Assembly (NCBI GenBank): GCA_951406725.2
Contig: OX597818.1
Location: forward strand, 100,068,001-100,132,000
Direction of reading: 5' to 3'
DNA: 64,000 bases
Origin: Octopus vulgaris
Taxonomy: Eukaryota
The notes beneath the pieces are model-generated. The model made no database searches. It was not told the origin of the DNA and saw only the letters and a program-made list of their open reading frames with translations. Below are positions 41,801-58,360 of this stretch, in pieces. Position 1 is the first letter of the stretch. Each line of letters begins with the position of its first letter. The position numbers were made by a program, and so were the translations under genes.

Positions 41801-41831
<31 letters not shown>

Positions 41832-42136
41832 TGTACAAGAGATCATTACAGATATGTAATCTACAGTGAGGCCGGCCGGAAGCATAGGTTCTCTTTTGCA
41901 ATCCACCAAACCGATATACATATAATTGAGATAGTATTACGTAGATACTTGGAATTACATCCTCAACCTCACAGAAACACCCACACACACATGCACGTAC
42001 ACACACATACATAATTAATATTCCTTATTAATACGAATGCTGGGAAGTGAAGCTATTGCAAAGTTTTAAGCTTCCGTCCAAAGCATAAAAAAGCAAAGGT
42101 ATTTATTTAAAAAAACAATTCTCATTACAACCGTTC

Positions 42137-42226
<90 letters not shown>

Positions 42227-42227
42227 C

Positions 42228-42261
<34 letters not shown>

Positions 42262-44019
42262 GGTCTGTCTGTCTGTCTATCTATCCATCTGTCTATCTAT
42301 TCAAATATGTTCATAGATTTACAGTAGATTTACTAAAAGTAAATAACCACATTAATACTTTTATTCTTGGCACTGGATTTTGTGAGCAATCTTGGATTGT
42401 TTTTGACAGTTAGAGAAAAGCTTGTAATATTGTTTTGAGCTAATTAACAGTGTCTCTGTGGACAGATAACTTGTTACTCTCTCTCTCTCTCTCATGAAAG
42501 CTCCACGCCGATGTGATACTCGTGCATCCGTTTTTACCCATTATTTCTTAGAGTTTAGAAAAAGTAAAGAACATATAACATATTCTTGTTAGCTAGTAAT
42601 TTTAATAAATTGTCGATGAATCAACGTAGATGTCTCAATACTAAAATGTATTTTAGAATATATTCTCCGATTTTGGACAACACAATGGAAAATACAGGCA
42701 TAGACATTCTATCGTTATATATAATATATTCATGTATACTGCTTATAAAACGAGATATTAGTAGTAAGAGGTAAAATAAATCGGGTAGACAGATCTGCAT
42801 ATATGATGCATTCTTGGCAGATATTTCGATGAATAATAATCTATTTCAGTGTCCACACAGACAATTATTATAAAACACATTATCTATAATGTTTTAAATA
42901 AATCGAATTGCCAAATTTGCATTTTTAGCGCACTTTTGGCAGCTAAACCAATCAATAAATTTCTGGTGCGTTATCAGTGTTATCCTTTAGTTCTGTCCTG
43001 TAAATGAGAAGACGTACATATACCCACTTCACATACATGAATATATACAATATAGATGCTTGTATAGCGTCGTCACAGACACCATCATCTTCACAGATAT
43101 CGTCCTCGTCACCGGCACAATCCTCGTCAGGCATTCCTTTTGTCCGAGGACTTAAAGTTTCCTTTGATTGAGTGGTCCTTCCAAGTTGATGGCAGTAATT
43201 AGAAAAAAGGCTTATCCTCGCGTAAAATAAGCAGGGCATAGAAGGGATATTTTATTTTGTTCCATTTTAATTTCTTTACGTTCATCTTCTGCAATGTATG
43301 AAGTAAATCATTGATTGTATATACAACACCTACAAATAAAACACACATGTACAGACACGCACACATCCGACCCACGCATAAATACACGCATATACATGCG
43401 CGCGCGCACACACATGCACACATACACAAACAGAAATACACAAGTTTCTCTTATATTTTAGAAAGAACAAACATAAATTATCGAACGCCAATTGTTAGGA
43501 ATACTCAAGGAAAAGAGAAAGAATTTCAACAAGTTAAAATTAAATCCTTGAACACGTACAATGAAGGGGAGATCCTTTTTAATTTGGATGCACAGCAACG
43601 AATACTGTCGGCATGTTTCAGTATATTAGAAGCCATCATAATAAAGTCGAAGCAAACATGCTACGAACTAGACAAGTATTAATATAGATACAAAGGGCTA
43701 CAAGAATTTTTGTCTAGAATAATTGACATGAATCAAAATAAAGGTAGCTGATGGAAATAAATCAAATGGAAGAGGGGCACTAATTAGACTAATGAAGTTA
43801 AACATCTAATGCCTTTCGCCAAAATGTGCCGGTAGCTTTCTGCCTTCTGTCGCCAACTAAGAAAGTGTTTTCAATTAATTATCTTTGGCGCACATCTTTT
43901 ACTAGATCAGGCTTTAATTATCTACGTATATCTGTATACACACACGCATATGTAAATAGTACATTTGTACACTTACACACACATACACATACAAATGTAT
44001 ATGTATATACATATATATA

Positions 44020-44719
<700 letters not shown>

Positions 44720-44722
<3 letters not shown>

Positions 44723-44920
44723 GTAAAGTTTACGAAAATAAACAAAAGACGAAGGCATGTGGAGTACAAACCAACAAATGTATTAGTATAGCGCTCAGGA
44801 ATAGAAAAAGTATTTTTACGTTTCGAGCCTACGCTCTACGACAGAAAGATACACAGAAAAAACAAGGAGAGAAAGAAGGAGAGAAAACATGTGTTTAGTA
44901 GCTAACGATCTATCATGGCG
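44720..44920 (-). mobile_element. Family H Penelope-like short element with variant hammerhead motif (44810-44852)
   Basis: Minus strand GTATCTTT-CTGTCGTA-GAGC-GTAG-GCTC-GAAACGTA-AAAATAC. The 3' end abuts (TA)n. Confidence 0.75.
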
Positions 44921-45631
44921 TGTGTATATAGAATTTTATGTGTATATACATAGATAAATATATATTTACACGTATATGTATTTTGATTTATATACACATA
45001 TTTGTTTGAATATACGTGTGTGTTTGAGTGCGTGTGGTTGTAATATATGTATACATGCACACATATTTACATATGCACTTATGCTTATGAGCGTTACTTG
45101 CCACGTTAGCCTCGGGAGAACTAATCATCAAGAAACTCTTTGAGCTTCTAGTAAGAATTTTAAACCTCGTTGATTTTGAGTAATACTTCTCGCTGAAAAC
45201 AAGTCTCTTCAGGCCATCACAATAATTACTCGTTATTATAAAGTTTCGTTTATGAATTTAACAAGGGAATTTCATTTTTACTGCTATAATAATATGTTTC
45301 TGTTTTCCATATTAAAAAGTGGCTTATCAATATTTGTAATTCTTATGATAATACTATTTATCTGAACCTCCTTTACCTTGTAATTCACTACTGCTGTGAA
45401 ACATTCAGGGAGTAAGTTTTTGTTGGGAAAACAACATTGAAGTTATGATCCATTAAGTCTTTCAGGAAGTATATTGTATCTAGAAGTAGAATATAATACC
45501 TTTAAGATATCTATAACTATTTTATCTTCGGGATAATTATATTGCCCTTCTACCGCATTCGGGTATGTATTACGACTCGGTGCAAGTAAAATGGTTTATG
45601 TGAATAAAGAACTGAGTTAATGGAAAGAATA

Positions 45632-45860
45632 CCGTAATTCCTCGAGTATAATCTGCATTTTTTCCCCAAACTTTAAAGGTCAAAATCCCTAGTGCGTACT
45701 ATATATAAGGTTAAAAATGAAAAATATTTTCTAAGCAATGTTCGAGTCTCTATTTCCTGTCCGGCAATGTTTATTCAGACGCATTTTGTGATGCCGGGCG
45801 CGAAAATACATTTTCCCTGCGTATTATCTTCAAGGGCAGACTATACTCGAGGATTTACGG
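45632..45860. mobile_element. MITE of the Tc1/mariner superfamily (pogo/Tc2-like TIR)
   Basis: TA-CCGTAATTCCTCGAGTATAATCTGC ... GCAGACTATACTCGAGGATTTACGG-TA: 25-bp TIRs with 2 mismatches and TA duplication. Confidence 0.9.
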
Positions 45861-46095
45861 TAACTGACAATTATCGGTATACCTATACAATCATTTGATG
45901 CCAGATTCGAGGCATTCTAACCGACACATGATACGCTTGAGTTTCGTATGGAAAACAGTGTAATACATGGGAAGCAAGCAAAGATGAAAGAAAGACTCTA
46001 CTAGTGGCATTAGATCAAAGCACAATGTCTTTATTAATAAGTATGTCGATTAAAAAAGACATGCTTTATTTCACAAAGTTCTTCGTGGCTTTTTA

Positions 46096-46185
<90 letters not shown>

Positions 46186-46186
<1 letters not shown>

Positions 46187-46275
46187 CCTTTCTACTATAA
46201 GAACAAGACATGAAATTCGTACGGAGAAGGATAGTCGATCACGACAACAAATACAAGACCCGAGTACTAGATAGA
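46186..46275 (-). mobile_element. Degraded family A SINE 3' end after (TAC)n(TAA)n
   Basis: CCTTTCTACTATAAGAACAAG..AGTCGAT, as at 20061. Confidence 0.6.
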
Positions 46276-46280
46276 TTTCA

Positions 46281-46560
46281 CTGAGTAGACTCATAGACAT
46301 ATATGCAAAAATTATGCCTCCCACCACAAATTCCAGGGCTTACCACTCTACCTATGTTCATTGAATACCACAGACAAAGCACGGATAAACAGAGAATTAT
46401 TTATGCAAAAGTACAAACCCAGACTTAACAAACTTTAACAAAGTACATACACAAATAACTATTCACACACAAAACTCATTCTGCTACTTAACATGGGGAA
46501 CCCACATAGCTAAAGACCTAAACTTTAGCCACTGCACTACATACAAACGACCCCTGTCTA
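46281..46560 (+). pseudogene. Penelope-like element ORF C-terminus plus 3' region
   Basis: LSRLIDIYAK / KFQGLPLYLCSLNTTDKARINRELFMQKYKPRLNKL* matches the terminal RE..FI.K..P.LN motif of PLE GIY-YIG domains. Confidence 0.7.
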
Positions 46561-47010
46561 CTTTCTTACCCCACAGACTAAATTTGGAGTGCCATGATTG
46601 TAGTTAAACAGGTAGAATTAATTTCAGTATGTAAGAAGTTATGCATGCAAGTTTGCATTGAAAAAGATGCCCAGCATTATACAGTTGTATATTCTCAACT
46701 TCAGGCAAATTCAGAAATGTCTCTCATCGGATCACTGGAACATCCTCAATAATACACACGCATGCGCACACATACACACGCTTGCAAACATGTACACGCA
46801 CATATACATATATGTATATGCATATACGTATATACATATCTATATGCATATGTGCATATACATATTTATATACGTATATATATATATATATATACATGTA
46901 TTTATGTGTGTGCGTGCGCGTCTATATATATATGTATATATATATGTACATATATATATATACACACACACACATATATATATGTATATATAGATAGATA
47001 TATATATATA

Positions 47011-47052
<42 letters not shown>

Positions 47053-47737
47053 CATTTATATATATATATATACGTTTGTAGAAGCCTCTGTGTGCTTACA
47101 TGTATGTAGATTGCTTCGATAGTGCTTCTTCGTATCATATTATCTCAAGTGTTATATCTGACGAATGTAGTTCTGGTGGGTGTAGTTTCAAAAGCGGACG
47201 GTGATTTATTAAAGGGCTCCATTGAATATAAACAACAGTATTCTGAAATATTCTGATGTTGAGAAATAGGAATTATTTCCCACCTAACCTGGACCGCAAC
47301 GTATCAGATAAATAATGCAATAATACATACGACAAATATGAAAAAACATGGATTATTTATAGACTGATTAAAATATTGTATCCACATCCTTTACGCTGAT
47401 ATATTTCTGACAATAATCTCTCAGTAACCTTGAAATCTGAACGCTTAAGTCTTAGAAGTTGTGTTTACATGGAGATAAAAGAAAAATGCTCTTGATTAGA
47501 GTAGAACTACGTACAGATATGGCAGTATACATGGATTAAAGCACATACTTTAGACACATGCATTTTACGATACCAACACGTATTAATAGAAGCATACACA
47601 TAGACAAATTCTTATACTCAAAAGCATAACTTGTCCTAAGGCATACGTAGCTTACATTATTCCAGCCATATGATTTTTATATGTATATAAATATAAGTAC
47701 ATACATACACATAAATATAAGCACACATACACACACA

Positions 47738-47769
<32 letters not shown>

Positions 47770-48022
47770 CGTCGGTATGAATATGTTATAAGAGTATTTT
47801 ATGAATTATAATTATGTTACTTGATTCAAATAGATAATATTTTGGACGTAACAACGTAAATTTCACACAATGATCCACACTGAATAGTTAAACAGTATAT
47901 TATTTAAACTATAAGAGTTACTTAAAGTCGTACTGAAATTACTATATGGAGATAATTTCATTAAGAATTAGTCTCTCTCTCCATCTGTCTATCTATTTAT
48001 CTGTCTTTCTATCTATGTATCC

Positions 48023-48078
<56 letters not shown>

Positions 48079-51047
48079 ATGCATGTATGTATCTATCTAT
48101 CTATCTGTCTAACTAACTAGCTCTCTATTATATATGTATATGTTCATGTATTTAATATATACTTCTATATTTTGCTGTGGTATTGTATGAAGAGATAACA
48201 ATAAAGCATTTGTCTCTTAATGCATCTCTGTAATAGTAGGAATGTGAGTTTCTCATTTCTTTCTTTTTGTGACAAAGAGAGGCTTCGAAAGGGGAGAGAA
48301 TTAAATGAAAAACGAGAAGCAAATTATGTTACATCGAATAATGGATACGTATAGAGATGGCGGATAAAGATGATAAAAGATCCAAAATAAAAATAAAGTA
48401 AATATGTGTGGTTGATGTTGAAGCGAATTTATGCATGTTTGTTATTTTCTTGTCGTTTTGAACGTTCTCTGTTACGCTTTTGTGTGTGTCTACATATAAA
48501 ATTGTGTGTACATTTTGCAAAGTTGTTGCTGAATTTTGAATGATTTTTGCCCATTTATAAATGCAGATGATTCTTTGTGTAGTATCTGCGCTCGTGGACG
48601 AGCGTATATATTTATTTTTTCTAAGACTACGGAAGCCATATATAACAGTGAAGAAAATATATAAAACTAGAGAGAAGGAACCAAAAAAAACTGGCAGCTG
48701 AGGGAATGAATATTAGAAAGACAATAAAATATCCGTTCAACATTAGGTTCCATAATATATGTATATATGCTCCGGTTGGTATTGAAGTCTTGGAACATTA
48801 TTTCACGGAGTATTGAGCATAGTTTTTTTCTGCATTTTGCGCAGACACATAAGCGTTCATTGACACACTCAAATTTCACATACAAAGATATACACATACT
48901 GCCTGCTAATAAAATGCCGTTTGTTTAAATAGTTTTTCTAGATAGAGAGTGCAAAAAAGATTTTACATAAATAATATTGGTTTATGCCAAATCAAGAGAG
49001 CTTATCAGTGAGTATAGAAGTATGACTCTGAGTATGCATGACGTCAATATAAATATAAAAAACAAATCAAAGCTATATCTACATCCCGCGAAATGAGGGA
49101 ATAATTATCTGTGTATTCATGTATGTAATGGAAATATTGTGTAAAGAACGTTTAATGAATATAAGAATATAACCAATAGCCAAGCGAAGTGGATCTGGGT
49201 TTTTACTTTAATGTTTCCATATATATATATATTTATATATATGTATATTTTTTTCTTCTGTAAATTGTATATAAGTTAGAAGCCTTTAAACCGTCATTTT
49301 CAAACACCTACTAAAACATCTAAAACAATTTTACTTTAACTAGTTCCACTCTGTTGCCTTTCACCGCTGCCTTCATATCCATCAGGATGTTTGCAAAGTC
49401 GAGCCCATTAAATCTTTGCCTTGAAAATATCTCTTCTCAATATTTCCGGTCAAACTGCTTGTAACTGGTTATGATTCTGCAGGAATCAGCAGATCAAAAG
49501 CATAACACTCTGGAATAACACACTGTCAACGAATTAGTCTCTGCTGTCCCTTTTCTCTTTATAGCTGATATTTAAAGTTCGATGTTATCCGAGGTGTAAA
49601 TTTAATGAGAATAAAAGAATGTAAACTGATTAACAGGCAATATATTTGTGCATGTGCTGTGTTATACTGTTTGATTTGATCTCGATGTTTGATATGTAAA
49701 ACGGTATAGACGGTTAAAAAGTTTGATTCCGCTCGTGTTCTGAATAATCTGTCCTCGTGCTTCATTCCAAAGGAAAATTGTGTTGTTTTATGTCATTAAG
49801 CTACTACAATTTACGCTATTCACCGAATAGGCATTAAACGAAGTGAATCAAACAAGAAAAAATAGAATTATTTGGGAAGAATTAACATAACTAATATTAT
49901 CAGATGTATAGTAGCTGAATAGAATACAACAGACAAATTGGTGAAGGTCCATCAATCGCAAGCAGCGATCCAGATTTCATTTAGAGTATCCGAAATCTAA
50001 TTATTTAATTTTAGTTACGTCATATAGAGACAGAACGTTGCCATCTCGGTTGACGAGTTACTATACACAACGGAGATATATACCGTTTATATCTCCCTCA
50101 ACGTACAAGTTAATATTACAGAAACCCGTTGTTTGGCTCGGAGTAAGCAGATCTATGAAGATGCATTCATAATTGCCGGACCAAGAATTCTGTGCTACAA
50201 TATGATCAGCTGCCACAGAAAAAACTGGATATTTTTGGAAATAAAAAACAGAAAGGAAACAGTTTCTTTTATTTTATATTTTAGCGATTATTTTTGCAAA
50301 TAATTCAGCTTTGAAAATTACAAGGAAATCAATGGTGTTCTTCCACTTGTAAAACATCGAATAAATACAAAAATGCAATGAAGATACGGATGATGGCTGC
50401 GATGGTGGGGATAAGGTCACATATATGGGAAGATAAATAACTAGGGAGATATAAGAAAGGAGTTATTGATTAATGTATACATGTAAGCTTGCATAGTTTT
50501 AATGATGAAGGTTGACACAAGTGCTGTTGAGATTGTGATGATGCTTGTAGTTCCTTTACAATTAATGTTGGTGATGGTGCCTGCGAGTGTGATATCAATG
50601 GTTTACTGTAGATAGTCGAAAAAAGCAGTTATAGTGGTTTTGGTTGTTTTGCTGGTGGTACGATTGCTGTTGCGGTTGCTAGTCTTGTGATGTGGTTGTT
50701 GTGATAGAGCTTTACAGATGGGAAAGTGAGTTTGTGGTTGTGTAAAGAGATAATGTATAATGAGGATAGAATGTTGAATGAACGATGACTGGAAGCTGTA
50801 TTGCTTTATCGATTAAGTATCTAGTAATGATTTAATGGTAGAAACAAACTGTAATAAAAAATAATCGAGTGATAATTCCAGTGATGATGGTGTAGGTTTT
50901 TGTTGTATTGGTCTTAGTAATAATGTTGTAATTGTTGCCTGCAGCACTTGTGAACTAAATCAAGAATGCTAGTGCTATTGCCGTATAGTTGAGAAGAATA
51001 TAGTTAGCAGTAATGTGAAATACAGGCGTATCATATATGTCTGTCTG

Positions 51048-51129
<82 letters not shown>

Positions 51130-51180
51130 GATGTATGCGTTTGTATTTCTGGGTGTGTATTTATATATATATGCATAAAC

Positions 51181-51236
<56 letters not shown>

Positions 51237-51947
51237 TGTGTGTGTGTACATATATGAATATGTGTGTGTACGTGTGTATGTGTATGAGTATGTATGGATT
51301 GTTGGATATATGCAAAACATTTTAATATCTATCACGGTGATAGTGATGATACAAGCAGAAATATTTTTGCAAAGATTGGTATTACATTTCTACGTATGGG
51401 ATATATATTCGTCTTGGTGAATGCTGCATGTATTCAGGCAGGATTAGAATGCATGTTGCATGTATCGCCTTGGGTAATAAATGTAGTGGCAAAGAACATG
51501 ATGATGATGGTGATGATGATGTCAACGACTACGACGACGACGACGAAGACAGTGATGGTGACGACGACGATAAGACGGAGGATGTTGGTGTTAATGATAA
51601 TACTGGTGAGAGGATTAGGGCTGCTGAACTTACGCAAAACAACCTTTACAAATTGCTGTAAATAACAAGGGAATATATTTTGAATTATATCCATCTCCAG
51701 CACTTTATACAACTACAAATATAACACTAGAACTCACTTTATAGAGTTCGTGAAGAGCATACATATTAGCGTAGGTCAATACCACATGGCGATGGGTTAC
51801 TTTGAGTCTAAACAGTATTATAGAATATTTCAGATATAATGCATGTAATGTATCTATATGTGATCGGTTTCACCCGGCTTTGAATATAATTGATGTATTT
51901 GTATGATATAGTTATCTTACATTACTGTTTTGCGGCAGCCCCTTTTG

Positions 51948-51995
<48 letters not shown>

Positions 51996-52353
51996 ATGAA
52001 AGCTTTCAACATTGTTTCCCACACAAATTTCTTGTTTGGTAGTGATTCTATTTGCTTCCTACCTTGGTGGTAAGCTTCAGTTTTGAAGTATCATTTTATT
52101 GTTCATACATTCTGTTTAACTTCTTTTGTGTTTCAATTCGAAATTGATATTTTATATTTTCAATCTTTTTGTTTTTCGGTGAATTCTATGTTTTATAACT
52201 GTGTGTTTCTTTCTACATTTTCACAAACAATAAAAACTAGAAAGTCTTTTTAAGTCAGTTTCTTTTATCTGTATTTTGTTGTGTGTAGCGTACACGTTTC
52301 TTGAATATTCATTGTTTATGTTCAATGGAAATTTAGGGCATACTTTCGCTGAA

Positions 52354-52417
<64 letters not shown>

Positions 52418-54043
52418 ATATATATGTATATATATATGTATATATATATATATATGTATATATATATACATATATACATATACGTATATATACATATATA
52501 CATATATATGCATATACATATATACATATACATATACATATATATACATATACATATATATATATACATATACATATATATATATATACATATACATATA
52601 TATATACATATATATATATATACATACATATATATATACATATACATACATATATATATACATATATATACATATACCTATATATACATATACATATATA
52701 TATACATATACATATATATATACATATGCATATACATATATATATATATATATATGTTTTTATTGTATACATACATATATATCACATACATATATTCTAT
52801 GTGTATTATATATAATATGTATATACACACACATACAAACACACGCGTATTTATATGAATTTTTTTATTTATCTACAAGTGTGTATATATATTTGAGTTT
52901 GTATGTATGTATATGTGTTTGTATTTATATATCTGTGTGTGTGTGTGTGTGCGCGCTTCATATTCGGGTAGGAAATTGCAGTTTCTTATATATTTTGTTT
53001 CAAATAACAAGTTTCTTAAATAATTCTTCCTTTAACAAGCGTAATTATGTCAATGTCTTTCTTAACAGTTAATTAATGATAGTTCTTAAACGTTTTCAGT
53101 GTGGTAAATCTGATAATTACACTTGCAATTAGCATCCTTTGTTTTAATGGGAGAAATTCTACAACTTGCTAGGTGGCCATTTTAGCTCTAACTCACCACC
53201 GGACCGATGTCTCTGTATCATACAACGGAAATATATTATTATATGCAACCAACATGTATTTCTTGTACTAATATTTCTCTCAGTTCCATGGCAAGATGAT
53301 TACCATCGGTTGCCACGATTTCACGCTTGGTTGCACACAGGTATTACAACGAGAATATCCTCCACCCCTGACTACATAAGCACTAAAGATGAAACCGTTT
53401 AGTAGATACAAGCCTAAACCAAATTGCTATGAACACTTTCATTTCCTTTATATCATTATTTCTATCGTTTATTATTTTATAGCCTCTCATGTTTCCAATG
53501 CAATATTTGACAATGTCAGTAATGTTTATTAAGTGAAATGGAATTATATTTCACTAAGAAACCATTACCTCGAATAGTGGTGAGTTATTGGTTTAATTGC
53601 TGAAGTTACTTTCTGATAATGTCCGCTATATTGCAGTAATGCAAGCTTATGCAGCACTCAGCTGAAGGCAAATGTTTGTGAAGAGGTCTTAGTCGATGGT
53701 GATTATACTAGCTGTGAAGAGAAATATTGATGCTGGAAATATGATGGCGAGGATGATGATGATGTTGATGATGATGAGCAGTTCAGTTGATGTGGAGTAC
53801 AATGTGAACCAGTATGGTGTTTCTTAGCATAATAATGATACATATAATGAACATGGCAAACATGAAGACCCTACTGCTACTGATAGTAATGTGAAATTGT
53901 AATACTCAAGCATTAGGCGCAAGTAAAGCTGGACTAATTGAACAACTGTCGAGAGAGGCAGGGATAGAAGAGAGCAATAATGTGATTGCGCGTTAGAGAA
54001 TGTATTGTGTGTTTAAGTTTGCTTAACAATCTCTCTCTCCCCA

Positions 54044-54080
<37 letters not shown>

Positions 54081-54422
54081 GTATATGTATATGCATATGA
54101 TATAAGTATGTGTGTATATATGTGTGTGTGTTCGTGTGTAAGAATGTATGCTTTTATTTGCGTGTATGTGTATGTATACGTCTATATGCGAGTAGAACCT
54201 GGAAACGGATTGTAGAATATAATTGGTAGGTACATATTAATGAAGTTATCAAATTCTATATCGATTGAACCAGATAATTTGAGAGCGAGAAGTGCAGAAT
54301 GAAAATAGAGCGTTGTAGAGAGAAATAGAGAAAAAAAAAACAAAAAAAAAACAAAGGGAAGTGATGGACAATAATTTAAGGGAAAGGTAAAGAAATAAAA
54401 TGAAAACAAGAGAAATGCTGAA

Positions 54423-54466
<44 letters not shown>

Positions 54467-55638
54467 CTGTGTGTCTGTGTCTGTGTATGTATATAGACAT
54501 ATTGAAATAGAGAGAGAGAGTGAGGAAGCAACGAAAGAGGTATTGAGGAACGAGAGGTTGGAATTAAAGTGAAAGAAACACTGGGGAAGGAAATAAATGG
54601 GTCAGAGATATTGAAAGTTGTGTAGATTGGGGAGGGTAGACAGTCTATATCAGTGCAAAGGATTATGTGGAGGAAAAGGTGGAGAGAAACAGAATGAAGA
54701 AGAGTTAGGAAGAAATAGAAACAAGAGTGACAGTAAACGAGGAGGTAAATATGTACAGGAGTAAGAATTATCCTCCATGTGATTCAGAAATAAGAATCAT
54801 GGAGAAGTAGAAAGAAATAACCCATTTAATAAAAACACCGAACTACATACTAGAATTAACAAGGAATATATAAAAGGAAAGAAAACCAAATGGAAAAGTA
54901 ATTTGTTGGTTGAACACTGTCGAAGTAAAGAATAAATCAGAAAAATAAGGTTACGTAGTGAACTTTCAGATTGTGAAATAGCAACTTTGGTTTATTGATG
55001 TGCTTGATGCTTGAGAATAGAAACATATGAATATGCACTTATGTTTTCAGTTGTATTTACTAGACAGAAAGAAGCAATTTAGCCGAGGGAAGTTTATAAT
55101 TTGTTAACACCAAAACGGCATCATATATACTATTTATAAGGAGACCAAATGTAATAGAGAAAAGTACAAGTTAGTTAGGTGTACAGTTGCTTAATATGAA
55201 GGGAATGTTCTTTTTATTTCGCTACTTCGTCAAGAAATAGAAATATAAAGACACTCATACTAAGCAGATTTATATCTACTTTCCTCGTAACACTGTATAT
55301 AGTACAAAGCTTTAAAATCTGTTATATATCTCAGCTCAGGTAGCCTACTTCTGTCCGTCTGATTACCTCTCTCTCTCTCTCTCTACATATGTGTATAAGT
55401 CCGGTGCCTGTATGTGTGGGTGTGTGTCTGTGTTTGTGTGTGTGTGAGGGAGAGAATATGTGGGTGTGTCTGTATGCGTATATAAATAGCACAGATAAAA
55501 AGGTTAGGTGAGAGTATAGATGTTTGTTCCATTTGTATACAGCTGTTTCATAATCCTTTTAGTTACATAATAGATATTACATCAATATTCACACCTACAT
55601 AAAATATGCGTATAAATAATTATGGGTCTGTACCCTCA

Positions 55639-55673
<35 letters not shown>

Positions 55674-56015
55674 GTGAGTGATTGAGAGATGAGTGAGATT
55701 GAGACAGAGTAATGCATCAATATTATAATTGGAAATGAAATTGCTATAGGTTCTGGGAACCACCAAGTGTATATTTATATTTCAGTTCCTCTTGCATTGC
55801 ATAAAATGTCCCTTACTTATTTCTGTGTTGAACGTTGTCAGCTTATTTCATACTCCTCGAATATCAAGAAATTAGAGTTTGCACATTAAACAAAGATATA
55901 CAAATCTGTCGATCAAATTGAATAAATCCCCCAAAAAAAGAACAGTGTCGAGGTTCAATTTGCAAAGAATTATAACAATAAAAATACATACATGTCAACA
56001 TAGATGCATGCAACA

Positions 56016-56070
<55 letters not shown>

Positions 56071-57232
56071 TTATAGATGTGTGTGCGTGTGTATACTTTA
56101 ATTATAAAAGGAAAAATAAAATAGAGTCTGCATTGCACTCGTCCCCTATTTTTCAGTAAAGAACATTATCTTGCCAATCGAACGCTCTAGAAGATGTTTA
56201 CACACGCACGCACACACGCACACACACACACACAGACACACACACACAAATGCTTAAGCACAGACATAAACTCACATACATATATGTGTGTATATAGAAA
56301 TGTACGTATGTATATTTATCAGATATCACCACTTTCTGTTCATATTTGCCTGTGGTAATTGTCTTCTATGTTCACATGCTTTCATCTTTATTTTAGCAGC
56401 TTTTAGTTCCCATTTTATCGTTTTCCTTTCACGAATTTTCATTCATCTTTCATTATTTTTCATTTGTGTAGTCACATCCGTTTTCCTTCTTTTATATTCC
56501 CTGCATTTTACAATCATCTCTCCCTATTGATACTTACATTTACTTTTATTTTACATTTGTGTCTTATCATCTCTCCACTGATATTATCTTACTACATATT
56601 CCATTCTTTCTTATTTGAATTTTGTCATTACAACTTTCTAGCAATTTACATTTTTTTTTCTAACTTACTACGAACTTAACTTTTTCGTTCTATTTGTTTC
56701 TTCGTAGTCTTCTATTTTCTCTTATAGCATTTTTCTTTTATCACCATGTTTGTATTCTTCATTTATTTACCCTCTTATCCTATATTTTTCTTTCCCTTCA
56801 CATCTTTTTATTTGGTCTCGTGTTATTATTTACTTATATTTTGATCTATATTTATTTTAACATTTCCTTGTCGATTCTTTATTTTTTTCTACAACGTCGT
56901 TCCGACTTCCTTTATATCATTATTTCTATCGTCTATTATTTCTTTTGCAATCTATTTAATGCTTTCCTCTCTTTTCTCTCTTACTTTTCTCATACACACC
57001 CATATATCTTTCAGATCTACACGTTCATACACAAACACACACCTCTTTCGCAATCACTCTATTCCATTTGGTCTTTCCATCTGTATTTCGTCATATCGAT
57101 CCGCCTAAGAATCTTTTTACGACTATCGACGTTAAAGAAGATCTGCACAAAAATATACTTAAAAAAAGCATAAAACGAAAATAGTTATGCCACCATATTC
57201 TCTCTCATTTTTCACACATATCGCGCAATTGT

Positions 57233-57273
<41 letters not shown>

Positions 57274-57393
57274 CATACACACGCATACATATATAAATAT
57301 ATAGATATATAATATAATAATATAAATATACATACATACATAATATATTATATATACACACATATTATATATACACACATAATACATACATAT

Positions 57394-57426
<33 letters not shown>

Positions 57427-57427
57427 G

Positions 57428-57460
<33 letters not shown>

Positions 57461-57554
57461 GTATATATATATGTATATATATATGTATATATATATATAT
57501 ATATATATGTATATACATCTATATATGTATATATATATATACATATACATATGT

Positions 57555-57596
<42 letters not shown>

Positions 57597-58360
57597 GTAT
57601 ATCTATCTATGTATATATAGGGAAAGAGAGAGAGGCGGAGAATTTAGATATACAAATGCACTTATTCACAGGCACACTCACACACAATTTGCATAGTTTC
57701 TTAATTTGGCAGTCACTTCAATCGCTGTCAATTGGAGTTCGAAATGATTTCGTCATTTTTTTGACACTATTGTCCCTTTAGCGGCGCACTGCGGAATTGA
57801 GGATAAGAGGATACGTTCCAATTATTTCGGCTCATTCTGTATCACACATATTTTCCCTCTGTAATCCACATAGCAATCGCACCAAAGCAACGGTAGCTAG
57901 CTGCAACTGTAACCACTTCAATCATGTGGCAGTTCTTTTGTAGTTCTACTCGTTGTTGGCATTTGTTCCTTCCCTTCAGCTTGTCTGTTTTCCTTCTTTA
58001 TGTCAATATTATATCCATGTATATTTTTTGAGTCTATGCACACGGCATATTTTTCATATTGATAGTGAAATATATGGATATTTACAAAAAAGTTTCCCAA
58101 CCAATCATGAAGTTTTAAAAGCAAAGCTACAAGTGAAATGAAAAAAGTAAGAAATACAGACATCTTTTTTCTTTTTTTTTTACGGATATCAGTAAATAGA
58201 AACGGACAAGTGTAAATGCTTAGAAACAAAGCATACAACATCAAATAAAATGGAAATAGCATTAGAAGACTTTTTTGAAGTACTGAACGTCAGACAGTAT
58301 TGAACAATAACATTAGTAGCTTCATTAGATGCCTGACACTTCTACTCCTCCTAACACAAA

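Noticed and set aside
42952-43239. Acidic Cys-containing ORF (DEDCAGDEDDICEDDGVCDD)
   Set aside because: Explained by a decayed GAY trinucleotide repeat like 51490-51600, with no clear splice sites.
50340-50950. Three-base periodicity suggesting mucin-like coding (also 24100-24510, 53700-53900, 59940-60660)
   Set aside because: No sustained ORF; consistent with old degenerate (GAT/GTT/GGT)n microsatellites.
56288-57173. Hydrophobic membrane-protein-like ORFs (also 61343-61943)
   Set aside because: They come from decayed pyrimidine-rich low-complexity tracts and have no motif or splice structure.
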